NCBI GenBank assembly: GCA_003670455.1
Contig: QWRK01000002.1
Coordinates: forward strand, 1 to 50,366
Length of the DNA stretch: 50,366 nucleotides
Direction: 5' to 3'
Origin: Candidatus Aquidulcis sp.
GTDB lineage: Bacteria; Chloroflexota; Limnocylindria; Limnocylindrales; Limnocylindraceae
The notes under the pieces are model-generated. The model worked only from the letters and a program-made list of their open reading frames with translations. It did not search any database and was not told the DNA's origin. Of the stretch, positions 27,507 through 35,650 are shown one piece after another. The translations under genes were made by a program, and so were the position numbers. How positions within the stretch are numbered: the stretch's first letter is position 1; each line of letters starts with the position of its first letter.

Positions 27507-27896
27507 ATGCCAGCCATCACAGAGCTCACGCGCATCGAGCCGGTCCACCTGGCACGCCTGGAGGCGCAGGGGATCTTCACCACAGGACTGCTGTTGGAGC
27601 GCACCGAAACCCCAACCCGCCGCCAGACCTTGGCGGACCAGACCGACGCCTCTACCGCCGACGTCGCCGAATGGCGCGACGAGGCCCTCCTGCTCAATCT
27701 CGCATTCTTGGGGCCCGCTGAACACGAGCTCCTGGCCCAGGCGGGATACGGCGGCGTTGAGACCCTCGCGGCAGCCCCATGGGAGCACTTCCAGTCCGGA
27801 GTGATCTCAACCGCACAGACACTTGGCCTCCCACTCCCTGACCCGCTCTCCCTCCGTTCGTGGTGGGAGCAGGGGCAGGTCCTCGCCGACGCGTGA
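27507..27896 (+). CDS. DUF4332-like protein (tandem helix-hairpin-helix-type repeats)
   Basis: 129 aa. ITELTRIEPVHLARLEAQGIFTTGLLLE...TLADQTDASTADVAEWRDEALLLNL...GPAEHELLAQAGYGGVETLAA follows the DUF4332 pattern as I remember it. GGGAAAGGGGGAG Shine-Dalgarno before ATG 27507. Confidence 0.6.
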   Translation: MPAITELTRIEPVHLARLEAQGIFTTGLLLERTETPTRRQTLADQTDASTADVAEWRDEALLLNLAFLGPAEHELLAQAGYGGVETLAAAPWEHFQSGVISTAQTLGLPLPDPLSLRSWWEQGQVLADA

Positions 27897-28522
27897 AGTC
27901 GCTCCGCCGCCTCTTGCGGCGGTCGCTCCTCGCCCTCGCCGCTGCGGCTCTGGCCATTGGCGCAACGACAGCCATCTTCCTTACGCCCCCAGTTGTGCAC
28001 TCCCTCTTGTCGGTGAGCGACGCCCATACGGTGCTCGGGGTGGAGCCGGGGGTAGCGGAGGGCCTCTCAGACGCCCTGGTGGGGGATCTCCTCACGGACG
28101 GGGCCTTTGATGCCCCGCTTGGTGACGAGCCACTCCTTTCGGCGGGAGAGCGCTCCCACCTTGCCGATGTTGGCGCGCTCCTCCGGGCCGTCCTGGTTGC
28201 TGGGCTTGGCGGGTTGATCGTCTTGGCCCTCGCCCGGGTGCGCCGCCGCGCCTGGTTGCGCGTGGCCATTCGCGACGGGGCAGCGCTCATCGTTGGTGGG
28301 GCACTGCTGGCCGCTGCCGCCTTCGCGCTGGCCTTCGATGCCACGTTCGCCTTCTTCCACGGGCTCTTCTTTGCTGCTGGCACGTGGACCTTCAATCCCG
28401 CCACAGATCGGCTCGTGCAGTTGTATCCGCAGGACTTCTGGGTTCTGGCGGCACTGCTCTTCTGCCTTGTACTCGCGTTGGGTTCATTCGTTTCGTATCG
28501 CATGACGGCACGCGCACGGTGA
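27893..28522 (+). CDS. TIGR01906/DUF1461 integral membrane protein (Lit, lipoprotein intramolecular transacylase-like)
   Basis: 209 aa, 4 predicted TM helices. ERSHLADVGALL matches the family E..H..DV..L block. FAFFHGLFFAAGTWTFNPATDRLVQLYPQDFW matches the FH..FF...W.F.P..D.L...P..F block. GTG 27893 overlaps the upstream stop as GTGA. Confidence 0.65.
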   Translation: MKSLRRLLRRSLLALAAAALAIGATTAIFLTPPVVHSLLSVSDAHTVLGVEPGVAEGLSDALVGDLLTDGAFDAPLGDEPLLSAGERSHLADVGALLRAVLVAGLGGLIVLALARVRRRAWLRVAIRDGAALIVGGALLAAAAFALAFDATFAFFHGLFFAAGTWTFNPATDRLVQLYPQDFWVLAALLFCLVLALGSFVSYRMTARAR

Positions 28523-30072
28523 TGGGCGCGATCTATCTCGCGGTCATCGGGCTTTCGGCGATCGGGGTGCACGGCCTGGTCAAACGTTTCTCTCTGCCAG
28601 TGTCGCGACAGGTGCTGTTACCCGTAACGGTCGTCACTACCGTGGCCTTCCTCCTTGTCGATGCGGTTGGCATCTGGCGCGGCTGGTTTGCAACGCCGCT
28701 CTCGTCAACGCTGCTGATGCTTCCTGGGCGGGGTGCCCTGGATGCAGGGCTACCCATTGAAGAGGTCGCGCTCCTTGCGGCGCTTGCAGCACTTGTTGTC
28801 GTGCTGATGAGCGCTGGGAAATCGCGCGAAGGGAGACGAGAGGGGGAACTCTCAGCGCGAAGAGCTGGAGCGGCAATCCTAATTGGGATCACTGTCGGTG
28901 CCGGGGCACTGGCTGCAAATGTTGGCGGCGAATACACTGCGGCAACGGCAGGGCTTGCGGCTGGGGCACTACTCCTCGCAGCGCCGCTCCTTGCTCGCAG
29001 CCAGGCAAGCCGTTGGAGCGTGGCAATCTTTCTCGGGCTGACGCTGGTGTTTGACAACATCATGTGTGCGGCGGAGCTCTTCTACTATTCCAGCGCGCCA
29101 CGTTCGGGGGTGATGCTGGGCTACGCGCCGGTCGAGGACATCCTCTGGGCAGCGGCCTTTGTGCTCTTTACGGTGCAGCTCACAGCATCAGCACGTGTAG
29201 CGAAGGGTCGCTGGTGGCGGTTGCTGCTGGCCTCTCGCCCAGTTTCGTGGATCAACACCGCGCTCCCATTTGCGGGAGGTGCGCTCGCAGCCGGAGCGGG
29301 GGAGGCGGTTGGCGCATGGTTCTTGCCGCTCGTGATCTGGTGGGGCGTCGCCTACAACTTGTACCTCTATGGAATCAACGATCTCTATGACCTTGCAACT
29401 GATCGAAAGAATCCGCGGAAGGGTGGTGCTGAGGGTGCGCTACTCCAGAACAGTGATCTACCAACGCTGCGACTGCTTCTTCTTTTCGCTGCGTTCACGG
29501 GTGCGCTCTTCCTACTGACGGGCACCGCTACGGTTCCAATGTGGTGCCTACTCGGTATCGCCTTTGCCACGGCATACAGCGCACCCTGGTTCGTCCGCGC
29601 TCGCGCTGTGCCGATCTTGGATGCGGTCATCTCCGCGACGCACTTTGTGATCCCTGCAGTTGCCGGCCTTGCGCTCGGCGGCGAGCTGCAACAGGCCTGG
29701 ATTGCGCCGCTGGCGGCGTTCTTCTTCTGGAACATGGGAAGCCATGTGGTGGGAGCGCTGCAAGATGTTGATGCAGATCGGCGGAGCCGGATCGCTACGG
29801 TTGGCACACTTCTTGGCGTTCGCGGCGGGGGGTTGTTCGCCATCGCACTCTACGCCGTGGCGGGGCTCTTGCTGCTCGTGCAAGGCGAACCACTCCAGCG
29901 CATTGGGGCGCTCTTGCCGCTCGCGAGCATCCTCTCGCTGCTCCCGCTAATCGCAGGTCGACCAACGCATCAGGCGGCACGCGCCGCATGGCGCCGATTC
30001 ATGCTGCTGAACCTCTTCCTTGGCGCTGGGGCCGCGATGCTGATCATTCGCAGCCTCGTTGGCGCCGCGTAG
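28522..30072 (+). CDS. fusion protein: two lycopene-cyclase half-domains (CrtYe/CrtYf- or CrtYc/Yd-like) plus a CrtEb-type lycopene elongase (UbiA superfamily)
   Basis: 516 aa from ATG 28522 (TGATG overlap). Half-domain 1 has VDAVGIWRGW...LPIEE (28753-28764). Half-domain 2 has LVFDNIMCAAELFYY...APVED (29128-29139). From about 29233 the sequence is SRPVSWINTALPF, YGINDLYDLATDRKNPRKGGAEGALL (from 29377), YSAP...PILDAVISATHFVIPA and GALQDVDADRRSRIATVG (from 29761). These track the C. glutamicum CrtEb sequence blocks from memory. Confidence 0.8.
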   Translation: MGAIYLAVIGLSAIGVHGLVKRFSLPVSRQVLLPVTVVTTVAFLLVDAVGIWRGWFATPLSSTLLMLPGRGALDAGLPIEEVALLAALAALVVVLMSAGKSREGRREGELSARRAGAAILIGITVGAGALAANVGGEYTAATAGLAAGALLLAAPLLARSQASRWSVAIFLGLTLVFDNIMCAAELFYYSSAPRSGVMLGYAPVEDILWAAAFVLFTVQLTASARVAKGRWWRLLLASRPVSWINTALPFAGGALAAGAGEAVGAWFLPLVIWWGVAYNLYLYGINDLYDLATDRKNPRKGGAEGALLQNSDLPTLRLLLLFAAFTGALFLLTGTATVPMWCLLGIAFATAYSAPWFVRARAVPILDAVISATHFVIPAVAGLALGGELQQAWIAPLAAFFFWNMGSHVVGALQDVDADRRSRIATVGTLLGVRGGGLFAIALYAVAGLLLLVQGEPLQRIGALLPLASILSLLPLIAGRPTHQAARAAWRRFMLLNLFLGAGAAMLIIRSLVGAA

Positions 30073-30087
30073 CAGTAGTATGCGCAG

Positions 30088-30570
30088 ATGAGTGATACGC
30101 CGCGATCGATTCTGGTGCTGACGGTCAGCGATTCGATCCATGCTGGCGAGCGAGAAGATAAGGCGGGCACCCTTGCCGCAGCGGCCCTTGTCGCGCACGG
30201 TTGGGAGGTGCAGCGAGCGCAGGCCCCCGACGAGCTCGATGCCATTCGTGCAGCCCTCGAGCAGCACATCGGCACCGTCGATGTCATCTTGACCGCTGGC
30301 GGAACGGGGCTCAGCTCACGCGATGTCACCCCGGACGCAACCGCCCCGCTCTTGGAGCGGCTGATTCCAGGGATCCCTGACGCCATTCGTATGCTGGGAC
30401 GCTCCCAGACCCCTGCGGCGATCCTTTCGCGCGGCGTCGCGGGTGTGGCGAAGGGGACCCTCATCGTCAACCTCCCCGGCGGCAGTGGTGCAGTGCGTGA
30501 CGGGCTGGCCATCCTGCTCCCCGTGCTTGAGCACGCCAGCGACGCGATCGGAGAGCGCGACCGCTCGTAG
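30088..30570 (+). CDS. MogA/MoaB family molybdopterin-biosynthesis protein
   Basis: 160 aa. LTVSDS...EDKAG, ILTAGGTGLSSRDVTPDAT, LSRGVAGV...LIVNLPGG. Confidence 0.85.
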   Translation: MSDTPRSILVLTVSDSIHAGEREDKAGTLAAAALVAHGWEVQRAQAPDELDAIRAALEQHIGTVDVILTAGGTGLSSRDVTPDATAPLLERLIPGIPDAIRMLGRSQTPAAILSRGVAGVAKGTLIVNLPGGSGAVRDGLAILLPVLEHASDAIGERDRS

Positions 30571-30676
30571 CCCTCGTAGTCGTGCCTTCGCACACAAGAT
30601 CGTGTGTAGACTCTCCCCGAGACCGCAACCTGCGGTGGCCCCGCGCGCCGCGGTGCAAAGGTGAGGAGGAGCGAGG

Positions 30677-31180
30677 GTGCGTTGCCCATCGTGCAAGGAG
30701 CCAGATACGCGCGTCGTCGATTCGCGCGACCTTGATGACGGCTCCGTCATTCGTCGCCGTCGCGCCTGCCGCATTTGCGGCACACGCGTGACCACCTACG
30801 AGCGCGCCGAACTCGCCAAGCTTTACGTCATTAAGCGCTCCGGCGAACGGCAGGAGTACGACTCCCAGAAACTCCTTGAGGGGTTACGCCGCGCGCTGAC
30901 CCGTCGCCCCGTGCCCGTTGATGCCCCGGAGCGCGCCGTTGAGGCGATCGAGGCACAGATTCGGGCCAGTGGCGCAACAGAGCTCTCCTCTGCGCGCATC
31001 GGCGCGTTAACGATGGCGGCGCTTCGCGAGATTGATCAGATCGCCTATATCCGCTTCGCGAGCGTTTACCAGTCGTTTGAAGACCTCGAGACGCTCAAGC
31101 GGGAAGTAGATGAGCTGCTTACCGAGAAGAGCGCGGGGAAGGGGAAGCGTCGCATTCGTGCCGTGGAGGCCGAGGCATGA
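30677..31180 (+). CDS. nrdR: transcriptional repressor NrdR
   Basis: MRCPSCKEPDTRVVDSR...RRRRACRICGTRVTTYE zinc ribbon plus an ATP-cone. GTG start after GGTGAGGAGGAG. Confidence 0.95.
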   Translation: MRCPSCKEPDTRVVDSRDLDDGSVIRRRRACRICGTRVTTYERAELAKLYVIKRSGERQEYDSQKLLEGLRRALTRRPVPVDAPERAVEAIEAQIRASGATELSSARIGALTMAALREIDQIAYIRFASVYQSFEDLETLKREVDELLTEKSAGKGKRRIRAVEAEA

Positions 31181-31791
31181 GCGTTCTCTCTGATCGCGAC
31201 ATTCTGACCGCGATCGCCGCAGGCGAGATCGCGATTGCACCATTTGATGCGGTGGATGTGCAGCCGGCTTCGGTTGACCTGCACCTCGACGGAACCTTCC
31301 GAGTCTTTCGCAATAACCGCTACGGCTTCATTGATCCACGCGTAGAGCAGCCGGACCTCACTGAGATTGAGCGCGTTGCCGATGGCGAGCAGTTCATGCT
31401 GCACCCAGGTGAGTTTGTGCTCGGCCAAACGCGCGAGAAGATTTCGCTAGGAAACTCGCTGCTCGGACGTCTGGATGGGAAGTCATCACTCGGACGACTC
31501 GGCCTACTGATTCACTCCACCGCTGGATATGTTGATCCAGGCTGGGAAGGGAACTTGACCCTGGAGCTCGGCAACGTTGCCCGACTACCAATTGCGCTCT
31601 ATCCGGGAATGCGCATTGGGCAGATCTCGTTCCACCGCATGTCCTCAGAGGTTGAGCGTCCGTACGGCAGCAGCGAACTGCGCAGCCGTTATCAGGGCCA
31701 AACAGAACCAACGGCATCTGCAGCGCACGTTGGCTTTGATGACGAGCAGCAGGCGCATGACGGAGCGAGGGTCGCCAAGCCTCGTGACTGA
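31177..31791 (+). CDS. dcd: dCTP deaminase
   Basis: ILSDRDIL...SVDLHL, GKSSLGRLGLLIHSTAGYVDPGWEGNLTLEL, GMRIGQISF. About 30-aa C-terminal extension. Confidence 0.92.
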   Translation: MSVLSDRDILTAIAAGEIAIAPFDAVDVQPASVDLHLDGTFRVFRNNRYGFIDPRVEQPDLTEIERVADGEQFMLHPGEFVLGQTREKISLGNSLLGRLDGKSSLGRLGLLIHSTAGYVDPGWEGNLTLELGNVARLPIALYPGMRIGQISFHRMSSEVERPYGSSELRSRYQGQTEPTASAAHVGFDDEQQAHDGARVAKPRD

Positions 31792-32620
31792 ACGTCGCAG
31801 CATTGATCTCGGGGGGATCACGGTCGACCTGCTTCGAATCGGAACCTTCTGGAGCGATGCAGGAGCGATCTTCGGCCCAGTCCCCCAAGAGACCTGGGCG
31901 CCGATGGTAGCGAGCGAACTTGATGCGCGATCCCGCCTCTTGCAGGCGCTCAACATCTTGCACGTGAGCGACGCGAGTGGCGCGGTGCTCCTAGAGACCG
32001 GTGCAGTGCCAGCAGGCACTCAGGTTAGTGACGCGGATACCGATTCGCGCTCGGCCCGCGAAGCGTTGGTCAGCGCTGGGATCGATATTGAGCGGATCGC
32101 CAGCATTGTGCCGAGCCACCTACACCGAGACCATGCCGGTGGGCTGGTAGACCAGCATGGCGCTGCTGCCTTTGCGAACGCCCAGATCGTTGCTCCCGAT
32201 CGTGAGATCGCAGCCGTAGCGAGCGGATCCCTTCGCGCGCGTGCCGCATACGACGTCCCCGGTCTGACGCGCCTCTTTAGCGCAACGACACCGCGCTCGT
32301 TTGACGGCACGCTGGAGCTCACCCCAACGATCACGCTGCGTCGACTCGGCGGGCACACACCAGGCTCCCAGGCCACGATCGTGCGCGGTCGTGAGCGAAC
32401 ACTCCTCTTCCTTGGTGATCTCTTCATGCGCCCATGGCAGGCGAACCCACGCTGGGTGACAGCGTACGACGACGAGGCGTGGGTCTCTGTCGATGCGAAG
32501 GCCTCCATCTTCGCCGAGGCGGCGGCGGGTGAGTGGCTGGTGGTCATGAGCCATGAGGTACAGACTCCCGTCGGCCGGATCGTGGCTGACCGCGATCGCT
32601 TCCGATTCGTCAGCGAGTAG
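31757..32620 (+). CDS. MBL-fold metallo-hydrolase
   Basis: SHLHRDHAGG (HxHxDH) plus downstream GGHTPGS and His/Asp ligands. Start uncertain (ATG 31757 or GTG 31784, both overlap the dcd tail). The track start 31577 lies inside dcd. Confidence 0.8.
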   Translation: MTERGSPSLVTERRSIDLGGITVDLLRIGTFWSDAGAIFGPVPQETWAPMVASELDARSRLLQALNILHVSDASGAVLLETGAVPAGTQVSDADTDSRSAREALVSAGIDIERIASIVPSHLHRDHAGGLVDQHGAAAFANAQIVAPDREIAAVASGSLRARAAYDVPGLTRLFSATTPRSFDGTLELTPTITLRRLGGHTPGSQATIVRGRERTLLFLGDLFMRPWQANPRWVTAYDDEAWVSVDAKASIFAEAAAGEWLVVMSHEVQTPVGRIVADRDRFRFVSE

Positions 32621-33197
32621 GGAGCAGCTCCTCCACCAGCGTGGTTGCCGCTTCGCGCGTCAGCGGCCCCGTTACGACGCGAAGGACGCGGCCATCGGCA
32701 TCAAGGATGAGCTTCGTTGGAATTCCACCAGCGCCAGCGGCGCGAAAGAGCTCGCTGTTGACGTCGACCAAGAGTAGATAGCCGAGCTGATAGCGCTCCG
32801 CGTATGCCGCAACGGTCGATGGGAGTTCACCAACCGAGATACCAATCACCTGAAGGCCACGATCGCCGTACGTTGCTGCGAGCGAGCGCAGCACCGGAGT
32901 CTCCTGCTGGCAGGGCGGACACCAGGTGGCAAAGAGGTCGATGATCACAAGGCGTGGGGCTGGGAGTGCCGCCTGCGCATCTGCAAAGACACCTCCACCA
33001 GCCACAGGTTGGGCGGGAGGGATCACAAAGGTTGCGCCAACCTCGATTCCGGTTGCGTTTGGGTCAACGACGTAGAGGCCGCTCGGCGTTGCAGCGCCCG
33101 TTGGGATGTTTGTTCGAGAGAGCAGAAGGAGAAGTGCGAGCATGGCCGCCGCCGCTCCGATTGCTCCGATGCTGCGGCGCGAAAATGGTCCGATCAC
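32610..33197 (-). CDS. TlpA/ResA-like thiol-disulfide oxidoreductase (membrane-anchored thioredoxin fold)
   Basis: N-terminal TM anchor and FATWCPPCQQETP CxxC motif. GTGA overlap with the ccdA stop. Confidence 0.85.
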   Translation of the reverse strand: MIGPFSRRSIGAIGAAAAMLALLLLLSRTNIPTGAATPSGLYVVDPNATGIEVGATFVIPPAQPVAGGGVFADAQAALPAPRLVIIDLFATWCPPCQQETPVLRSLAATYGDRGLQVIGISVGELPSTVAAYAERYQLGYLLLVDVNSELFRAAGAGGIPTKLILDADGRVLRVVTGPLTREAATTLVEELLPTR

Positions 33198-33889
33198 AGG
33201 CCTGGGAGTCCAGGCATGATGCGCGACAGCAACGTGAGGCCGCCAGTGGCAATGAGGATTCCAATCGCTGCAACGAGAAGACCGCCGACGATGCCAGCGA
33301 TGCGCGTTCCACCGCGGAGCCGACTCAGGATTCGCTGCAGCGCAGCGGGACTGCGGTCAGCTACTGCTGCCAAGGCCAAGAAGGGGAGTGCGAGACCGAC
33401 GCTGTAGAGCGCCAGCAGGAGCGCAGCGCCAGCAGGGTTGCTTCCAGCGGCCGCGATTCCGAGGATCGCCCCAAGGACGACACCGATGCAGGGTGTCCAG
33501 GCGATGGCGAAGGCGGCGCCGAGCAGTAGGCTGCCGAGGTAGCCGCCGCGCAGGATCGGTGTCGGTGCGCGCATGCGGTTGAGCTGCGGAATGCGCAGAA
33601 GGCCAGCAAGGTGCAGACCGCCAACCGTCACTGCAACACCCACTGGGATCTGCAAGATCGGCAGGAGTCGCCCGGCGGCGCCACCGACGTAGCCGGCGCT
33701 AACGCCGAGGGCGATAAAGATCACGCTAAAGCCAGTGGTGAAGAGGAGGGCGTGACGCATGCGTGATGTTCCGGCACTGAGCGCGGCGAGACGACCGAGA
33801 TAGGCGGGGACGATCGGGAGCACGCAGGGCGAGAGGAAGCTCAGCGCACCCGCGAGAAGTGCCGTAAGGGCGTTAACGCTTTCCATCAA
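33194..33889 (-). CDS. ccdA: cytochrome c biogenesis protein CcdA (DsbD-family thiol transporter)
   Basis: FLSPCVLPIVPAYL and WTPCIGVVLGAIL, the two conserved Cys helices. 6 TM helices. Confidence 0.9.
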   Translation of the reverse strand: MMESVNALTALLAGALSFLSPCVLPIVPAYLGRLAALSAGTSRMRHALLFTTGFSVIFIALGVSAGYVGGAAGRLLPILQIPVGVAVTVGGLHLAGLLRIPQLNRMRAPTPILRGGYLGSLLLGAAFAIAWTPCIGVVLGAILGIAAAGSNPAGAALLLALYSVGLALPFLALAAVADRSPAALQRILSRLRGGTRIAGIVGGLLVAAIGILIATGGLTLLSRIMPGLPGL

Positions 33890-34145
33890 CCGCTCCTACG
33901 GCGCTGCGCACATGTGCGGCAATCTGCATCCGGCTGAGAGCGAGTGGCAAGAGTTGACCCGCTACTTCGAGTGCGGGGATCTGCTCAAGAAGCCGCGCAT
34001 GCATCGTTGGGTCCTCCTCAATGTTCACCACGCTGAGGGTGAGGCGAGAGCCCCCTTCGGCGATGAGTGTGCGCACGATCGCCTCTGTGCTCTCACAGAG
34101 TTCGCACCCTGGGCGACCGTAGAGCGTGATGAGGGTCTGCTCCAT
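33873..34145 (-). CDS. glutaredoxin-like small thioredoxin-fold protein
   Basis: 90 aa, ITLYGRPGCELCE CxxC near the N-terminus. Heads the ccdA/tlpA operon. Confidence 0.7.
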   Translation of the reverse strand: MEQTLITLYGRPGCELCESTEAIVRTLIAEGGSRLTLSVVNIEEDPTMHARLLEQIPALEVAGQLLPLALSRMQIAAHVRSAVGAVDGKR

Positions 34146-34186
34146 GCGGGTATTCTCCCACGCCGCGTTCAGATACCCTACGGGGG

Positions 34187-34262
34187 GCCCCTGTAGCTCA
34201 GTGGATAGAGCGCCGCCGTCCTAAGGCGGGCGTCGTCGGTTCGATTCCGGCCGGGGGCACCA
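34187..34262 (+). tRNA. tRNA-Arg (anticodon CCT), CCA encoded
   Basis: Hand-folded. Acceptor GCCCCTG/CGGGGGC (one G-T pair), D stem GCTC/GAGC, anticodon stem CCGCC/GGCGG with loop GTCCTAA, T arm GTCGG-TTCGATT-CCGGC, then ACCA. Confidence 0.85.
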
Positions 34263-34296
34263 CGAGGCGAGCAGGGGAACAGGAGAGGAGGTCACG

Positions 34297-35637
34297 ATGA
34301 GCGAAGCATCACGGATGCAGAAAGAGATCCCGGACTTCCAGCAGCCACCTGATGTTGGGGTGCTGCGGAACGGGGCGTTCCTGCGTCTCTGGATTGCCCA
34401 GCTCTTTACCCAGATCGGTGGCAACGTCGTGCTCTATGGGCTCACGGTGCTCGTCGCCGAGCGAAGCGGCTCAACCTCAACGCTCAGCGCCCTCTTCTTG
34501 AGCTTCCTGGTCCCAGCCGTTCTCCTTTCGCCAATTGCGGGCGTATGGGTGGATCGACTCGACAAGCGACTGGTCCTCATCGTGGCCAACCTGACCCGAG
34601 CTGGTGCCTTCTTCCTCATGCTGGGGAGCGTTGACGCCCTGGGCATCGTGCTCTTGCTCAATATCTTGGCCAGCATCATGACGACCCTCTTCGCACCCGC
34701 CGAACTCGCGATGATCCCGCTGTTGGTTCGTCGCGAACAGCTGACCTCTGCAAACGGGCTCTTCACCTTCACGCTGAATGCCGCGTTCGCGTTAGGGTTC
34801 GCCCTGCTTGGACCAGCGGTGGTGCGCATCGCCGGTCCAGAAGCCTCCATCATTCTCGTGGCCGTCCTCTTCCTGCTCGCCGGGCTGCTCTGCTTCGGGC
34901 TCCCCGCAGCGCCGCCTCCAAAGCTGGCCGGCAACATGCGATCCAATACAACGCAAGCCACTCGAACCACCACGAGTGAACTAGTCGAAGGTCTGCGATT
35001 CATGTGGCGTCACAGCTCCGTCCTCTGGTCGCTGGCGTACCTCGCGATCGCTGCCAGCGTTGTGGGCGTCATGGGGGTTCTTGGACCCGACTACGTGCGT
35101 GACTCCCTCGGCCTTGATGCGCGTGATTTCTGGTTGGTGGTGTTGCCGATCGGCCTCGGTGTCGTGACCGGCATCCTGGCGCTCAACAGCTGGGGTGCGA
35201 GCCTGCCGCGCCGCCGCCTCATCGAAGGGGGGCTCTTTGGCGTCGGTGCAGGCCTTGCGCTGCTCGCCCTCGCTGTACCGATCAGCCGCGCTATCTCCGA
35301 CGGTGCACAACTGTTGGGCGAGCTTCCACTCGATGCGGGCGCCTCGACGCTCGCAACGGTGATCTTTGTCGCCTACTTTGCGGGCGTGGCGTACGGGCTT
35401 GTGGCGATCCCTGCTCAAACCGCGCTACAAGAGGAGCTGCCAGAAGAGGTGCGCGGGCGCGTCTTCGGCGTCTTGAACATGCTCGTCAGCCTCGGCAGCT
35501 TCGTGCCGATCATTGCTGTTGGCCCAATTGCTGATGCGGTTGGGGCAACCAATACGCTTCTCGGCGTCGGTGTTGTCATTGTGCTCGTGGCACTGGCCTC
35601 AATCGTGCGCGGGCCTCGGCGACCAGCGCGCGCATAA
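34297..35637 (+). CDS. MFS transporter
   Basis: 446 aa, about 12 TM helices. GVWVDRLDKR loop motif typical of MFS between TM2 and TM3. GGAGAGGAGG Shine-Dalgarno. Confidence 0.85.
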   Translation: MSEASRMQKEIPDFQQPPDVGVLRNGAFLRLWIAQLFTQIGGNVVLYGLTVLVAERSGSTSTLSALFLSFLVPAVLLSPIAGVWVDRLDKRLVLIVANLTRAGAFFLMLGSVDALGIVLLLNILASIMTTLFAPAELAMIPLLVRREQLTSANGLFTFTLNAAFALGFALLGPAVVRIAGPEASIILVAVLFLLAGLLCFGLPAAPPPKLAGNMRSNTTQATRTTTSELVEGLRFMWRHSSVLWSLAYLAIAASVVGVMGVLGPDYVRDSLGLDARDFWLVVLPIGLGVVTGILALNSWGASLPRRRLIEGGLFGVGAGLALLALAVPISRAISDGAQLLGELPLDAGASTLATVIFVAYFAGVAYGLVAIPAQTALQEELPEEVRGRVFGVLNMLVSLGSFVPIIAVGPIADAVGATNTLLGVGVVIVLVALASIVRGPRRPARA

Positions 35638-35650
35638 CGGTTCGCGCGGG

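Noticed and set aside
27694-28572. 292-aa minus-strand ORF antisense to the DUF4332-like and Lit-like genes, and similar long antisense ORFs at 786-1844, 5537-6379, 16501-17211, 22812-23561, 38091-38945, 41278-41970 and 46416-47093
   Set aside because: Their Arg/Ala/Ser/Pro-rich low-complexity translations are typical of shadow ORFs in high-GC DNA. Each lies opposite a gene with unambiguous family motifs.
28522-30072. Possibility that the C-terminal membrane domain is the missing Brp/Blh beta-carotene dioxygenase
   Set aside because: It carries the two Asp-rich UbiA prenyltransferase motifs (NDLYDLATD, DVDADRRSRIATV) and CrtEb-specific blocks. It does not have the conserved His-ligand pattern of Blh.
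30591-30606. Palindrome CACACAAGATCGTGTG upstream of nrdR as a NrdR box
   Set aside because: It resembles the ACAC...GTGT arms of NrdR boxes, but the spacing does not fit the 16-bp consensus cleanly. Only one copy is present, while functional boxes usually come in tandem about 31-32 bp apart, and no nrd gene follows. It may just be part of a mogA terminator structure.
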